A DNA stretch of 64,000 nt from an uncultured Actinomycetota bacterium (GTDB taxonomy: Bacteria; Actinomycetota; Actinomycetes; Propionibacteriales; Nocardioidaceae): contig CAVYMY010000001.1 of assembly GCA_963769755.1 (NCBI GenBank), positions 90,243 to 154,242 of the forward strand, in the 5' to 3' direction. This document shows positions 1 to 10,874 of this stretch, in pieces. Numbering within the stretch: position 1 is the first letter of the stretch; the number at the start of each line of letters is the position of its first letter. The position numbers and the translations under genes were made by a program. Below the pieces are notes generated by a model that saw nothing but the letters and a program-made list of their open reading frames with translations, had not been told where the DNA came from and did not search any database.

Positions 1-1
1 C

Positions 2-166
2 TACTTCGTCGGCGCAGCGCTGATGATCGCGGGCGGCATCGTCGCGGCCTTCCTCGGCGTCAAGGCCGAAGGCCAGTCGCTGGAGAGCCTCGCGCAGCCG
101 CTGACCGCCGAGGACGCCGAGGCGGCCGGGCCGTCCGACGACGACCGCGCCCCGCAGCGCGTCTGA
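2..166 (+). CDS. C-terminal end of a probable MFS transporter (5' truncated by the window edge)
   Basis: Frame 2 reads YFVGAALMIAGGIVAAFLGVKAEGQSLESLAQPL...*: a last TM helix plus the cytoplasmic tail typical of sugar-porter-like MFS proteins; TGA at 164-166. Confidence 0.6.
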   Translation, partial: YFVGAALMIAGGIVAAFLGVKAEGQSLESLAQPLTAEDAEAAGPSDDDRAPQRV

Positions 167-200
167 CCGACTCCCACCCGATCCGATCGGAGGAAGCATC

Positions 201-437
201 ATGCCGATGCCCCCACCCAAGGCCTCGACCGAAGGGCCGCGCGACCGACACGTGCACTACGAGATCGGCCAGGTCGTTCGCGCGCTCCAGTCCGAGGGCC
301 CGCAGCGGGTCGAGGACCTGGCCACCAAGGTGGGCGCCGAGTACTGGGAGTCGGGACGCTTCGACAAGGCCGTGTCCCTGGCTGTCAGCGACGGTCTGCT
401 CACCCGCCAGGGTGACGGCCGGCTCGCGTCGACCTAG
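201..437 (+). CDS. small hypothetical protein (78 aa)
   Basis: GGAGG RBS upstream, GC-biased codon usage, fills the gap between neighbours. Confidence 0.6.
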   Translation: MPMPPPKASTEGPRDRHVHYEIGQVVRALQSEGPQRVEDLATKVGAEYWESGRFDKAVSLAVSDGLLTRQGDGRLAST

Positions 438-471
438 TCACGCGACCGACGGGCCGTCGTACGGTGGCCCC

Positions 472-1131
472 ATGACGCGCAACTGGGACCTGCGCGGGGA
501 CGAGCTGGCCCGAGAGGCCATCGCCCGCGGCGACTCCACCGGCTGGTTCGACGTTCTGTACGCCGAGGGGGTCGACGGCCGCGTCGACATGCCCTGGGAC
601 CGCTCCGACCCGCAGCCGCTGCTCGCCGAGTGGGCCGACTCCGTCGCTCTCGACGGGACCGCCCGCAGCGCCGTGGTGGTCGGGTGCGGTCTCGGTGCCG
701 ACGCGGAGTACCTCGCCCGCCTGGGGTTCGAGACCACGGCCTTCGACATCGCGCCGACGGCCGTCGCGGAGGCCACCCGGCGTCATCCGGACAGTCCGGT
801 CGACTACCGCGTGGCCGACCTCCTCGACCTGCCGGCCGAATGGGCCGGTGGCTTCGACCTCGTCGTGGAGATCTTCACCCTCCAAGCGCTGCCCGACCCG
901 CCGCGGACCGCTGCCGCCGACGGCGTACGCCGCCTGGTTGCGCCGGGCGGGACGCTGCTGGCCATCTTCTTCCGGAACGACGGGTCGCGGCCGGCCGATG
1001 AGGGTCCGCCCTTCGCCATGAGCCGCGAGTTCATGGAGGGTCTGGCCGCCGACGGCCTCACGCTGGTGTCCCTCGACGAGCTCGAAAGTCCCGGCGGCCC
1101 GCGCTGGCTCGGGGAGTACCGCCGAGCCTGA
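472..1131 (+). CDS. class I SAM-dependent methyltransferase (TPMT/TehB-like)
   Basis: Motif I VVGCGLGAD, TAFDIAPTA, FDLVVE; ATG at 472 chosen over the ORF-track start at 412. Confidence 0.85.
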   Translation: MTRNWDLRGDELAREAIARGDSTGWFDVLYAEGVDGRVDMPWDRSDPQPLLAEWADSVALDGTARSAVVVGCGLGADAEYLARLGFETTAFDIAPTAVAEATRRHPDSPVDYRVADLLDLPAEWAGGFDLVVEIFTLQALPDPPRTAAADGVRRLVAPGGTLLAIFFRNDGSRPADEGPPFAMSREFMEGLAADGLTLVSLDELESPGGPRWLGEYRRA

Positions 1132-1163
1132 CGCCGGCCTCAGTTGGCGCGGCTCCGTAACCT

Positions 1164-1931
1164 GTGGGCATGGAGTGGCTGTTCTTAGGCATCCTCGTCG
1201 TCGGGATCGTGCTGGCGGTGGCTGCGACGAGGTCCAGCCGCCGCAAGGCCTTGGAGCGCAAGCAGGCCGAGCTCGAGCCGGTCAAGAAGCTGGCGTTCGA
1301 GGACATCACGGCCCTGGGCGTGGAGCTGCAGGACCTCGACTCCGAGCTGGCGGGACAGGAGCTCGACCCAGGCACTCGCGCCGACTACCAGCGGGCGCTG
1401 GACTCCTACGAGTCGGCCAAGTTCGCCGGCGACTACATGACCGAGCCCGACGAGATAAAGAACGTCATCAAGATCCTCGACGACGGCCGTTACGCCATCG
1501 CCTGCGTCCGGGCCAGGGCGGCCGGGCAGCCCCTGCCGCAGCGGCGCCCGGCGTGCTTCTTCGACCCTCGGCACGGGATGGCCGTGGAGGACGTGCCGTA
1601 TGCCCCGCCGGGCGGCGTCCAGCGCGACGTGCCGGCCTGCGCGCTCGACGCCGAACGCGTCAAGGCGGGCGCCGAGCCCGACACCCGACAGGTGATGGTC
1701 GGCTCGGAGCGGGTGCCGTACTGGCAAGGTGGCCGGGCCTACGCGCCGTACGCCGCGGGCTACTTCGGCTCCTTCGGCCCGATGGAGTGGATGTTCGTGG
1801 GCCTGATGTTCGGCGGCGGCTTCGACGGCCTCGGCGAAGGCATGGGCGATATCGGGGATGGGATCGGCGACGGCATCGGCTCGATCGGCGACGGCATCGG
1901 CAACATCTTCGACGGCGGCTTCGACTTCTGA
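1164..1931 (+). CDS. hypothetical membrane-anchored protein with Gly/Asp-rich C-terminal tail
   Basis: N-terminal TM helix, helical middle, CFFDPRHG...VPAC motif, GDGIG repeats at the C-terminus. Confidence 0.75.
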   Translation: MGMEWLFLGILVVGIVLAVAATRSSRRKALERKQAELEPVKKLAFEDITALGVELQDLDSELAGQELDPGTRADYQRALDSYESAKFAGDYMTEPDEIKNVIKILDDGRYAIACVRARAAGQPLPQRRPACFFDPRHGMAVEDVPYAPPGGVQRDVPACALDAERVKAGAEPDTRQVMVGSERVPYWQGGRAYAPYAAGYFGSFGPMEWMFVGLMFGGGFDGLGEGMGDIGDGIGDGIGSIGDGIGNIFDGGFDF

Positions 1932-1985
1932 GGTCGACCCCGCAACCTCCTCATCCTTCGGCGGCGGCCTCGTTAGCCTGAACCC

Positions 1986-2783
1986 ATGTCGACCTCCCTC
2001 CACGCCACGAAGCTGGGGGAGCAGGGGTCGTGGGTGGTGTTCTGCCACGGGCTCTTCGGGCAGGGCAAGAACTGGACCCAGATCGCCAAGGTCGTCGCGC
2101 AGCGGCATCGGGTGCTGCTGCTCGACATGCCTCAGCACGGCCGGTCCCCGTGGTCACCGCACTTCGACTACCTCGACGCGGCCGACCAGGTCGCCGCCGC
2201 GATCTCGGAGGCTGTGCGTGAGGAGGCCGTCGCCCTCGTCGGCCACTCGATGGGCGGCAAGATCGCGATGGCTCTCGCGCTGCGTCACGCAGAGCAGGTC
2301 GAGCGGCTGTGCGTGGTCGACGTGGCTCCGGTGGCCTATCCCAGCGGCCGCGAGTTCGTGGGCTACGTCCACGCGATGCGCGGGCTCGACCTCGCCGCGC
2401 TCGCCACTCGGGCCGACGCGGATGCCGCTCTCACCGATGCCGTCCCGAACCAGGTGGTGCGCGGGTTCCTCCTGCAGAACCTCCGCCGCGGCCCCGAAGG
2501 GCAAGGGTGGGCGTGGCAGCCCAACCTCGAGGTCATCGAGGAAGACCTCGACGTGATCACCGGGTGGCCGGCGGACCGACTGGCTGACCTCCCGCCGTAC
2601 GACGGCCAGGTGCTGTGGGTGCGCGGCGAACGGTCCGAGCATGTCGGCGACGAGCACGGCGAGGCCATGTCGGCACTGTTCTCCAGACTGCGCCGGGTGA
2701 CGATCAAGGGCGCCGGGCACTGGGTGCACTCCGAGCAGCCCGAGTCGTTCCTTGCGGTCCTTCAGCAGTTCCTCGGGGACTGA
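1986..2783 (+). CDS. alpha/beta-fold hydrolase (YbfF-like esterase)
   Basis: HGLFG oxyanion motif, GHSMGG nucleophile elbow, AGHWVH catalytic His. Confidence 0.9.
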   Translation: MSTSLHATKLGEQGSWVVFCHGLFGQGKNWTQIAKVVAQRHRVLLLDMPQHGRSPWSPHFDYLDAADQVAAAISEAVREEAVALVGHSMGGKIAMALALRHAEQVERLCVVDVAPVAYPSGREFVGYVHAMRGLDLAALATRADADAALTDAVPNQVVRGFLLQNLRRGPEGQGWAWQPNLEVIEEDLDVITGWPADRLADLPPYDGQVLWVRGERSEHVGDEHGEAMSALFSRLRRVTIKGAGHWVHSEQPESFLAVLQQFLGD

Positions 2784-2787
2784 GGGC

Positions 2788-3318
2788 TCAGCGACGGCGG
2801 GCGCGGTAGGCCGCGACCGCGGCCCGGTTGCTGCAGGTGGTGTCGCAGAAGATCTTCGACCGGTTGCGCGACAAGTCGAGCACCACGCCTTCGCAGTCGT
2901 CCTGGGCGCACACGCCGAGCCGGGACATCTCGTCGGCCCGGATCACGTCGATCATCGCCATCGCCGTCTCGACGGTGATCCGCTGGGCGAGCGGTGCCTG
3001 CGGGTCCACGGCGTGCAGGTGCCAGTCGAAGCGGTCGTGGCGCACCAGCCGGGGCAGCGCCCGCGCCCTGCCCAGCAGGTCGTTGACGATCGCCACCGCA
3101 TCCTCCCGACTGGCGGTCAGCAGGGCGCGCAGCTGCGGCCGGAGGCGGCGTACGGCGTCCAGCTCGGCGGCGTCGCCGTCCCGGCGGCCGGTGTACTCGA
3201 AGCGCGCGTAGTAGGCGTCGAGGTCCTCCACCGTCGTCATGGTGTCCGGCTCCTCGCCGGAGTTCACCAGTGCGACGGCGGCCTGGAGGGACACCTGAGT
3301 GTCATGTGCGAACAACAC
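2788..3318 (-). CDS. ABATE/CGNR zinc-finger domain protein (putative regulator)
   Basis: C-terminal CAQDDC...DLSRNRSKIFCDTTCSNRAAVAAYRAR; divergent from an EamA exporter, a common pairing. Confidence 0.85.
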   Translation of the reverse strand: MLFAHDTQVSLQAAVALVNSGEEPDTMTTVEDLDAYYARFEYTGRRDGDAAELDAVRRLRPQLRALLTASREDAVAIVNDLLGRARALPRLVRHDRFDWHLHAVDPQAPLAQRITVETAMAMIDVIRADEMSRLGVCAQDDCEGVVLDLSRNRSKIFCDTTCSNRAAVAAYRARRR

Positions 3319-3344
3319 GTTGACAGGTTACACGATTCGACGTA

Positions 3345-4338
3345 GTGTCATATGTCATGACCGCGATTGCCGATGACAAGGTGTTGACCACCCGGTCGTC
3401 GCGCATGGCGGCAGGACTCGGCTTCGCCCTGCTCTCGGCCGCGACCTTCGGCATGTCCGGTGCGCTGGCGCGCGGCCTGCTCGACACGGGCTGGTCGCCC
3501 GGCGCCGTGGTGCTGGCCAGGATCACCATCGCCGCCCTCGTGGTGGCGCCCTTCGGGATCATGGCCATCCGCGGCCGGTGGCACCTGCATGCGCGCCGGC
3601 TGGCGCACCGTCCTGGTCTACGGCCTGGTCGCGGTGGCGGCCACCCAGTTCTTCTACTTCTCGGCCGTCTCGCACATGGAGGTCGGCCCGGCGCTGCTCA
3701 TCGAGTACACCGCCCCCGCCGCCATCGTGGTGTGGTTGTGGCTGCGACACGGCGAACGCCCGAGCCCGGTCACGTTGGCCGGCGCCGGTCTGGCCGGTCT
3801 CGGGCTGGTCCTGGTGCTCGACCTCGTCTCGGGAGCCGAGCTGAGCCTGGTCGGCGTCGCCTGGGCGCTCGCCGCAATGGTCGGGTGCGCGATCTACTTC
3901 GTGATGTCCGCCGACGAGGGCAACGGGCTGCCTCCGATGGCCCTGGCCGCGGCCGGCATGGTCATCGGGGCGACGTCTCTCGCCGTCCTCGGGGCAGTCG
4001 GCGTTCTCGAGATGAGCAGCGCCACGACCTCGGTCACGCTGGCCGGCAACACGGTCGAGTGGTGGGTGCCGGTGCTGCTGCTCGGCGTGGTCACGGCGGC
4101 AGTGGCCTACGTCGCGGGCATCGCGGCCAGCCGCCGGCTGGGCTCACGGCTGGCGTCGTTCGTGGCGCTGGTCGAGGTCGTCTTCGGCGTGCTGTGGGCG
4201 TGGGTGCTGCTCGACGAGCTGCCGCGTGCCATCCAGCTCGTCGGTGGCGTGCTGATCCTCGCCGGGGTCGTGGCCGTCAAGCTCGGGGAGCGGTCGGTGG
4301 TCGCCGCGGCCACCGAGGCGTCAGAATCGCAGGCGTGA
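3345..4338 (+). CDS. EamA/DMT family transporter, one frameshift near 3589
   Basis: Hydrophobic EamA sequence begins in the 3345 frame and continues in the 3460 frame (...RAGWRTVLVYGLVAVAATQFFYF...). Confidence 0.85.
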
Positions 4339-4937
4339 CCGAAGAGTTCCGAGTCGTGCCGGCCAACGAGGCCAGCTGGGAGCACCTGCAACAGGTCTTC
4401 GGGACCCGCGGCGCGGGGTACCGCTGCCAGTGCCAGCGCTACAAGCTGGCGCCGAACGAGAGCTTCGGCTCCGTCCCGGTCGAGGACCGGGCCTTCCGGC
4501 TGCGTCAGCAGACAGACTGCGGCCACCCCGACTCAGGCGAGACGAGCGGGCTGGTCGCCTATCTGGGCGACGAGCCGGTCGGGTGGTGTGCGGTCGAGCC
4601 GCGGCCGGCGTACGTCGGCCTGACGCGGGTGTTCCGTGTGCCCTGGGAGGGCCGCGACGAGGACCGGACCGACGAGACGGTGTGGGCGGTGACGTGTCTG
4701 TTCACCCGGGCGGGGTTCCGGAAGCGAGGCGTCAGCCGGGCGTTGGCCAAGGCCGCGGTCGAACATGCCCGCGACGGTGGCGCTCACGGGCTCGAGGGCT
4801 ATCCGATCACCACCACGGCGGTCATCCAGGACGAGCTGCACGTCGGGACGGTTGCCACGTTCGTCGCCGCCGGCCTGACCGAGGTGAGCCAGCCGACGCC
4901 GCGCCGGGTCGTGATGCGGGTCGACCTCGACGCGTAG
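4335..4937 (+). CDS. GNAT family N-acetyltransferase
   Basis: GTG overlaps the EamA stop (GTGA); VGWCAVEPR, AVTCLF, FRKRGVSRAL acetyl-CoA motif, LEGYP. Confidence 0.85.
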   Translation: MTEEFRVVPANEASWEHLQQVFGTRGAGYRCQCQRYKLAPNESFGSVPVEDRAFRLRQQTDCGHPDSGETSGLVAYLGDEPVGWCAVEPRPAYVGLTRVFRVPWEGRDEDRTDETVWAVTCLFTRAGFRKRGVSRALAKAAVEHARDGGAHGLEGYPITTTAVIQDELHVGTVATFVAAGLTEVSQPTPRRVVMRVDLDA

Positions 4938-4949
4938 CCCTGCTGCGGA

Positions 4950-6146
4950 CTACCGCACGTCCTGACGTCTGACGAGCACCTCGCGGGTGATCAGCAGGAT
5001 CGCCGCCGCGGTCGGGATCGCCAGCAGCGCACCGACCACGCCGAGCAGGGCCGCGCCGATGAGAGCCGCGATGACGGTGACCGCGCCGGGGATGTCCACG
5101 GACTTCGACATCACCCTCGGGTAGAGGACGTAGTTCTCGACCTGCTGGTAGACGACGTAGAAGATCACGCAGAAGATGCCGGCCTGCACGTCGGTGGCGA
5201 AGGCGATGGCGCAGACGATGACCGCGCCGATGGTGGCCCCGATCAGCGGGATGACGTCGAGCAGCATGACAACGAAGGCGAGGGCGACGGCGTACTCGCC
5301 GAGGCCGACGATGAACAGGAAGATCAGCGACGAGATCCCGGCGCACAACGCGATGACGAACGCGCCGGCGACGTAGCCGCCGACGCTCTCGACCACCCGG
5401 TTGCCCAGCTTGCTGACCCGGTCGCGACGCGAGGCCGGGGCCAGGCTGTAGAGCGCGTTCTTGGTGGTCTCGAGCGAGGACAGGAAGTAGAGCGTCATCA
5501 CGATGATGAGGAACCCGTTGGCCAGGGCGCCGAGGACCGCCAGCCCGACGCCGAGGACGCCGCCGAAAACCCCCGAGGCGAAGTTGCCGCCGGCGACGTA
5601 CTCCTGGATCTTGTCGATGATGTCGAAGCGGTCGTCGAGGTCCTGGACCTGACGGTTCCGCTGGACTTCGTCGAGCCACCCAGGGGCCTTGTCGGTGATC
5701 AGCGCGACCTGGTCGCTGATGACCGGGACGATCGCCCACAAGAACAGCGCGACCGCGACCAGGAAGAGCACGATCACGGCGAGCACGGCCAGGCCGCGAC
5801 GCAAGCCCCGGCGGACGAACCACTCCACCGACGGGTTCAGGCCGGCCGCAAGGAACAGCGAGACGACGATGAGGATGAGCACCCCGCCGATGCGCTCCAT
5901 CTGGCCGAACAGCCAGAACGACAGGGCCACACCGAGGCCGCCGAAGAAGCCGAGGTAGAAGGGCGAGTGCTTGTCGAAGCGTGCCCCGGGCCGGCCGAGG
6001 CGCCCTCCGGGCTCGTCGGTGTGGGAGTCCGGCGACCGCTCGTCCGTGGCCGGGCGGGTGTGCGCCTCGGCCAGGGCGAGCTGCTCGCGCGGCGACTGCC
6101 GGTTGGCGACGGGTGGCGTGTTCCGCCGACCCCGCCCGAAGCTCAA
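4950..6146 (-). CDS. AI-2E family transporter (PerM-like)
   Basis: Multi-TM protein with IPLIGATIG, YQQVENYVLYPRVM, GALLAIP motifs; start codon uncertain. Confidence 0.9.
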   Translation of the reverse strand: MSFGRGRRNTPPVANRQSPREQLALAEAHTRPATDERSPDSHTDEPGGRLGRPGARFDKHSPFYLGFFGGLGVALSFWLFGQMERIGGVLILIVVSLFLAAGLNPSVEWFVRRGLRRGLAVLAVIVLFLVAVALFLWAIVPVISDQVALITDKAPGWLDEVQRNRQVQDLDDRFDIIDKIQEYVAGGNFASGVFGGVLGVGLAVLGALANGFLIIVMTLYFLSSLETTKNALYSLAPASRRDRVSKLGNRVVESVGGYVAGAFVIALCAGISSLIFLFIVGLGEYAVALAFVVMLLDVIPLIGATIGAVIVCAIAFATDVQAGIFCVIFYVVYQQVENYVLYPRVMSKSVDIPGAVTVIAALIGAALLGVVGALLAIPTAAAILLITREVLVRRQDVR

Positions 6147-7550
6147 CCGCGTCCCTTGTCGTCGGAGCTGTCGTCGCCGTTGTCGTCGTCGGCGAAGCTC
6201 GCCACCACGTCGCGCAGCGAGGCCAGCTGGGCGGTGATCGCGTCGCGGCGCTTGGTCATCCGCTCGATCTCGGCGCGGACGCCCGCGAGCTGACGTTTGG
6301 CGTCGGCCTGACCCGAGGTGTTGATCGAGTCGGACTGGCTGCGCGCGGAGGCCACGATCTGCTCGGCCTCGCGGCGGGCCCGCGCGAGTAGGGCGTCGGA
6401 CTCCGTCTGGGCCTGCTCGCGATGGGTGTTGGCCTGCGCGATCGCCTCGCGAGCCCGTTGCTCGGCGGCGGTGGCCCGCTCCTCGGCCTCCTGCACCAGC
6501 CGGGTGGTCTCCCCGGTCGCGCTGGCGTGGTGCTCGGTGGCCTCGCGCGCCAGCCGTTCCTTCTCCACGGCCAGGGTGCGTTGCGCCTCGGCCACCTCGC
6601 GGTCGGCGGCGGCCCGGGCCTGCTCGGTCTCGCGCGTGGCGGTGACCCGGAGATCGTTGGTCTCCTGCTGCGCCGCCAGCCGGAGCTGGTCGGCCTCGCG
6701 CTGGGCCGAGGCGAGCACGTCGGCCGCCTCGCTGCGGGCCAGGGTGCGCTCCTGCTCGGCGTCGGCGATCACGCGGCTGCGGGTCTCGTCGAGCTCCTGG
6801 AGCTGGACGAGTCGGATGTCCTCGGCTTCGCGGGTGGCGTCCGCGCGCACGGCCTGCCCGTCGCGGGTCGCCTGCTCGCGGATCTCAGCGGCGTCGCGTT
6901 CGGCGTTGGCCCGGACCTCTGCGGCCTCCTCCTCGGCCAGCCGCAGCATCGCCGTCGCGCGGCCGCCCAGGCCGGCGTACGACGGGTTCTGGTTCTCCGT
7001 GATCTCCTTGCGGGCCGCTTCGAGTGCGGTCTCGAGCTCGCCGATCCGGCCTTGCGCCTGCTGCAGGCTGCCGCCAAGACGGTCGCGCTCGCCGACCAGC
7101 TGGCGCAGCTGCCCGTCGACGGCGGCCTTGTCGTAGCCCCCACGGCGCACCGTCGGCAGCGGCGACCCCGCGGGCGAGGGCGGGGCGGGAGCCGGTGGTG
7201 ATGGTTGCTGCGGGCTCGGCTGGGCGACCGGCTGCTGAGGCTGGGCGGGCTGGGTGGGCTGGGGGACTGGCTGCGGCTGGATGATCAGTTCGGGGTCCGG
7301 CGGCAGCACTCGGCGCTGGGGGGTGGGCTGCTCGGGCATCACGGGTGGGGTGACGGGCGGAGTCGCGGGCGCAGTCACGGGCGGACTGACGGCTGGGGCG
7401 ATCGGCGTCATCACGCGGGTGCGCTCGTCGTCTCCAAGGTCGGTGGCGACGTCGGGCGGCGGGCTCTCCCCGGTCTCGTCGTCGAGGTCGGGCTCATCGG
7501 CGCCGTCCGTCGTCGGGCTCGTCGAAGATGGACAGGCCGCGATCGCTCAT
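6143..7550 (-). CDS. DivIVA-domain long coiled-coil protein (Scy/FilP-like), one frameshift near 7506
   Basis: ATG 7550 (MSDRGLSIFDEP) with GGAG RBS joins the 6143..7414 frame after removing one base; Pro-rich linker, RRGGYDKAAVD DivIVA-like motif, PSYAGLGGRA..L..AEEEA, then A/E/R heptads. Confidence 0.7.
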
Positions 7551-7653
7551 AGGGGCGTCACTCCTCGGTGGGGTCTGGAGATGTACCCCCAGTCTCCAAC
7601 ATCAGCCCTGCCCCGCCCACCCCGCCTCGCGGGGCCAGGCGGTCAGATCGCGA

Positions 7654-8992
7654 TCAGACGCCGCGGAACCTGTTGATCGCGTCCTCGTGGCGCGCCCGCA
7701 TCTGCTGGTCCCGCACGCCCAGCCCCTCCTCCGGGGCCAGACAGAGCACCCCGACCTTGCCCTGGTGAGCGTTGCGGTGCACGTCCAGGGCGGCCTGGCC
7801 GACCTCCTCGAGCGGGTAGGCCTGCGACAGCGTGGGGTGGATCATCCCCTTCGCGATCAGGCGGTTGGCCTCCCAGGACTCGCGGTAGTTGGCGAAGTGC
7901 GAGCCGATGATCCGCTTGAGGTTCATCCACAGGTAGCGGTTGTCGTACTCGTGCAGGTAGCCCGACGTCGAGGCGCAGGTGACGATGGTGCCGCCCTTGC
8001 GAGCGGCATAGACGGATGCGCCGAAGGTCTCGCGGCCCGGGTGCTCGAAGACGATGTCCACGTCCTCGCCCCCGGTGAGGTCGCGGATGTCCGTGCCGAG
8101 TCGTTTCCACTCGGCGGGGTCCTGGGTGTTGTCGTCCTTCCAGAACCGGTAGTCGGCCGTCGGAGCGGTTGATGATGAGCTGGGCGCCCATCGCGCGGCA
8201 GACGTCGGCCTTCTCCTCGTTGGAGACGACACACACGGGTGTCGCGCCGCCGTTGAGGGCGTACTGCGTGGCGAACCCGCCCAGGCCGCCGGACGCGCCC
8301 CAGATCAGCACGTTGTCGCCCTGCTTCATCCCCGCGCCGTTGCGGCTGACCAGCTGTCGGTACGCCGTGGAGTTGACCAGTCCCGGCGAGGCGGCCTCCT
8401 CCCAGGTGAGGTGGGCGGCCTTGGGCATCAGCTGGTTTGACTTGACCAGGGCGATCTCGGCGAGCCCGCCGAAGTTGGTCTCGAAGCCCCAGATCCGCTG
8501 CTCCGGGTCGAGCATCGTGTCATTGTGGCCGTCGGGGCTCTCGAGCTCGACGCTGAGGCAGTGGGCGACGACCTCGTCGCCGGGGCTCCAGCGGTGCACG
8601 CCGGGGCCGGTCCTGAGCACGACGCCGGACAGGTCGGAGCCGACCACGTGGTAGGGCAGGTCGTGCCGCTTGGTCAGCGGCGAGAGCTTGCCGTACCTCT
8701 CGAGGAAGCCGAAGGTCGCCATCGGCTCGAAGATGCTCGTCCAGACCGTGTTGTAGTTGATCGCGCTGGCCATCACCGCCACCAGCGCCTCGCCGGGGCC
8801 GAGCTCGGGCACCGGCACGTCGTCGACGTGGAGGGACTTGCGCGGGTCCTTGTCCTTGCTGTCGAGGCCCTCGAACATGTCGACCTCGTCCTGGTGGACG
8901 GTCACGCCGCGGTAAGAGGCCGGGACGTCGAGCGCGGCGAAGTCCTCACTGGTGGTGTCGCCGGCGAGGACGGCATCGAGGATGTGCTGCAC
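7654..8992 (-). CDS. ccrA: crotonyl-CoA carboxylase/reductase, one frameshift near 8158
   Basis: SAINYNTVW, WGFETNFG, WGASGGLG, EHPGRETF, GSHFANY; GTG start with AGGAG RBS; the C-terminal third lies in a second frame. Confidence 0.93.
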
Positions 8993-9090
8993 GATCTGCT
9001 CCTGACAGCCGGGACGGGTGGGCTCAAGATACCGACGGGTAACGCCGTGTGGGTCGCTGTGTGCGAGAGGTAACAGCGGCCGTCTCAGAG

Positions 9091-9531
9091 TCAGGCGTGC
9101 TTCTCCCCGGCCGGCTCGACCAGCTCGACCAGCACGCCGCCGGCGTCCTTGGGGTGCACGAAGTTGACCCGCGAGCCCGACGTGCCGGCGCGCGCCTCGT
9201 CGTACAGGAGTCGGACGCCGCGCTCGCGCAGGGTCGCGGACACGGCGTCGAGGTCCTCGACCCGGTAGGCCAGCTGTTGCATCCCGGGGCCCGAGCGGTC
9301 GAGGAACTTCGCGATCGTGGACTCGGGGGTGAGCGGCGCGAGCAGCTGGATGCACGAGCCGGAGTCGCCGACGGCGACCATCGCCTCCCGCACCCCCTGC
9401 TCGACATTGGTCTCCTCGTGGACGGCCTCCATGCCGAAGGTGTCGCGATAGAACGCGATCGCCTCGTCTAGGTCGGCCACGGCGATGCCGACGTGGTCGA
9501 TGGCGGTGAAGAGGTGGGCGGGCAGCGTCAT
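9091..9531 (-). CDS. mce: methylmalonyl-CoA/ethylmalonyl-CoA epimerase
   Basis: VOC fold: IDHVGIAV, EQGVREAM, IQLLAP, NFVHPKDAGGVLVELVE. Confidence 0.93.
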   Translation of the reverse strand: MTLPAHLFTAIDHVGIAVADLDEAIAFYRDTFGMEAVHEETNVEQGVREAMVAVGDSGSCIQLLAPLTPESTIAKFLDRSGPGMQQLAYRVEDLDAVSATLRERGVRLLYDEARAGTSGSRVNFVHPKDAGGVLVELVEPAGEKHA

Positions 9532-9688
9532 GACGCCATGGTCCTCGGGCGCGGCGTGGGGCGGCCATGCCTTGTGAGGTTTTCCTCAGCCGGTGGGCCC
9601 GTCTCCGGGTCGCCCGCGGTCCGGCACGGTGGGTATCGTCGCGAGGACAGGCACCGCACCACCCGCAGCAGACCCGCAGGAGGCTCCC

Positions 9689-10873
9689 ATGTCCGGATCC
9701 GTCATCGTCGCTGGCGCGCGCACGCCCATCGGCCGGCTTCTGGGAGGCCTCAAGGACAAGACCGCCGCGGACCTCGGCGGCGTGGCGATCGCCGGTGCGC
9801 TCGAGAAGGCCGGAGTCAGTGGCGACCAGGTCGACTACGTGATCATGGGGCAGGTCATCCAGGCCGGTGCCGGCCAGAACCCGGCTCGCACGGCCGCCGT
9901 GGCCGGCGGGGTCCCGATGAGCATCCCGTCGATCACCATCAACAAGGTCTGCCTCTCCGGCATCAACGCCATCGCGATGGCCGACCAGCTGATCCGCGCG
10001 GGTGAGGTCGAGATCGTGGTCGCGGGTGGCATGGAGTCGATGACCAACGCGCCGCACCTGCTGCCCAAGTCACGCGAGGGCTTCAAGTACGGCGACACCA
10101 CGCTGGTCGACTCGATGGCGTACGACGCGCTGTGGGACCAGGCCACCGCGCAGGCGATGGGCATGCTCACCGAGCAGTGCAACGTCGCCGCCGACAACCT
10201 GACCCGCGAGGAGCAGGACGCGTTCGCGGCACGCTCACACCAGCGGGCCGCCGAGGCATGGAAGAACGGCGTCTTCGACGACGAGGTCGTGCCGGTGACG
10301 GTCAAGACCCGGGGCGGCGACGTGCAGGTGACCGCCGACGAGGGCGTCCGCGGCGACACGACCACCGAGTCGTTGGGCAAGCTGCGGCCCGCCTTCAGCA
10401 AGGACGGCACCATCACGGCCGGCTCCGCCTCGCAGATCTCTGACGGCGCCTGCGCTGTGGTGGTGATGAGCAAGGCGAAGGCCGACGAGCTCGGACTGAC
10501 GTGGCTCGCCGAGATCGGCGCGCACGGCCAGGTGGCCGGCCCCGACTCCACGCTGCAGAGTCAGCCCGCCAACGCGACGGCGAAGGCCTGCGACAAGGAG
10601 GGCATCACGCCCGCCGACCTCGACCTGGTCGAGTTCAACGAGGCGTTCGCCGCCGTCGGCATCGCCTCGGCCCGACAGCTCGGCCTGTCGGAGGACAAGG
10701 TCAACGTCAACGGCGGCGCCATCGCGCTCGGCCACCCGGTCGGCATGTCGGGCGCCCGGATCGTGCTGCACCTCGCCCACGAGCTCAAGCGCCGCGGTGG
10801 CGGCGTCGGCGCGGCCGCGCTGTGCGGTGGCGGCGGCCAGGGCGACGCGCTCATCATCCGCGTCACCGCCTGA
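9689..10873 (+). CDS. acetyl-CoA C-acetyltransferase (thiolase)
   Basis: ARTPIG, NKVCLSG (active-site Cys), NEAFAA, GHPVG, LCGGGG; AGGAGG RBS before ATG 9689. Confidence 0.95.
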   Translation: MSGSVIVAGARTPIGRLLGGLKDKTAADLGGVAIAGALEKAGVSGDQVDYVIMGQVIQAGAGQNPARTAAVAGGVPMSIPSITINKVCLSGINAIAMADQLIRAGEVEIVVAGGMESMTNAPHLLPKSREGFKYGDTTLVDSMAYDALWDQATAQAMGMLTEQCNVAADNLTREEQDAFAARSHQRAAEAWKNGVFDDEVVPVTVKTRGGDVQVTADEGVRGDTTTESLGKLRPAFSKDGTITAGSASQISDGACAVVVMSKAKADELGLTWLAEIGAHGQVAGPDSTLQSQPANATAKACDKEGITPADLDLVEFNEAFAAVGIASARQLGLSEDKVNVNGGAIALGHPVGMSGARIVLHLAHELKRRGGGVGAAALCGGGGQGDALIIRVTA

Positions 10874-10874
10874 G

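Noticed and set aside
1830-1931. DNA tandem repeat or mobile remnant in the GGCGACGGCATCGGC runs
   Set aside because: It simply encodes the GDGIG low-complexity protein tail, with synonymous variation
3345-4937. 530-aa EamA-GNAT fusion in the ORF track
   Set aside because: Artefact of the frameshift near 3589; the middle is off-frame Arg/Gly-rich nonsense and the GNAT has its own GTG at 4335
7643-10057. 804-aa minus-strand ORF and many other long Arg/Pro/Gly-rich ORFs (e.g. 29138..31858 5' part, 42651..45647, 49962..51959 5' part)
   Set aside because: Shadow or off-frame ORFs typical of ~70% GC DNA, or read-through caused by frameshifts; they overlap well-supported genes
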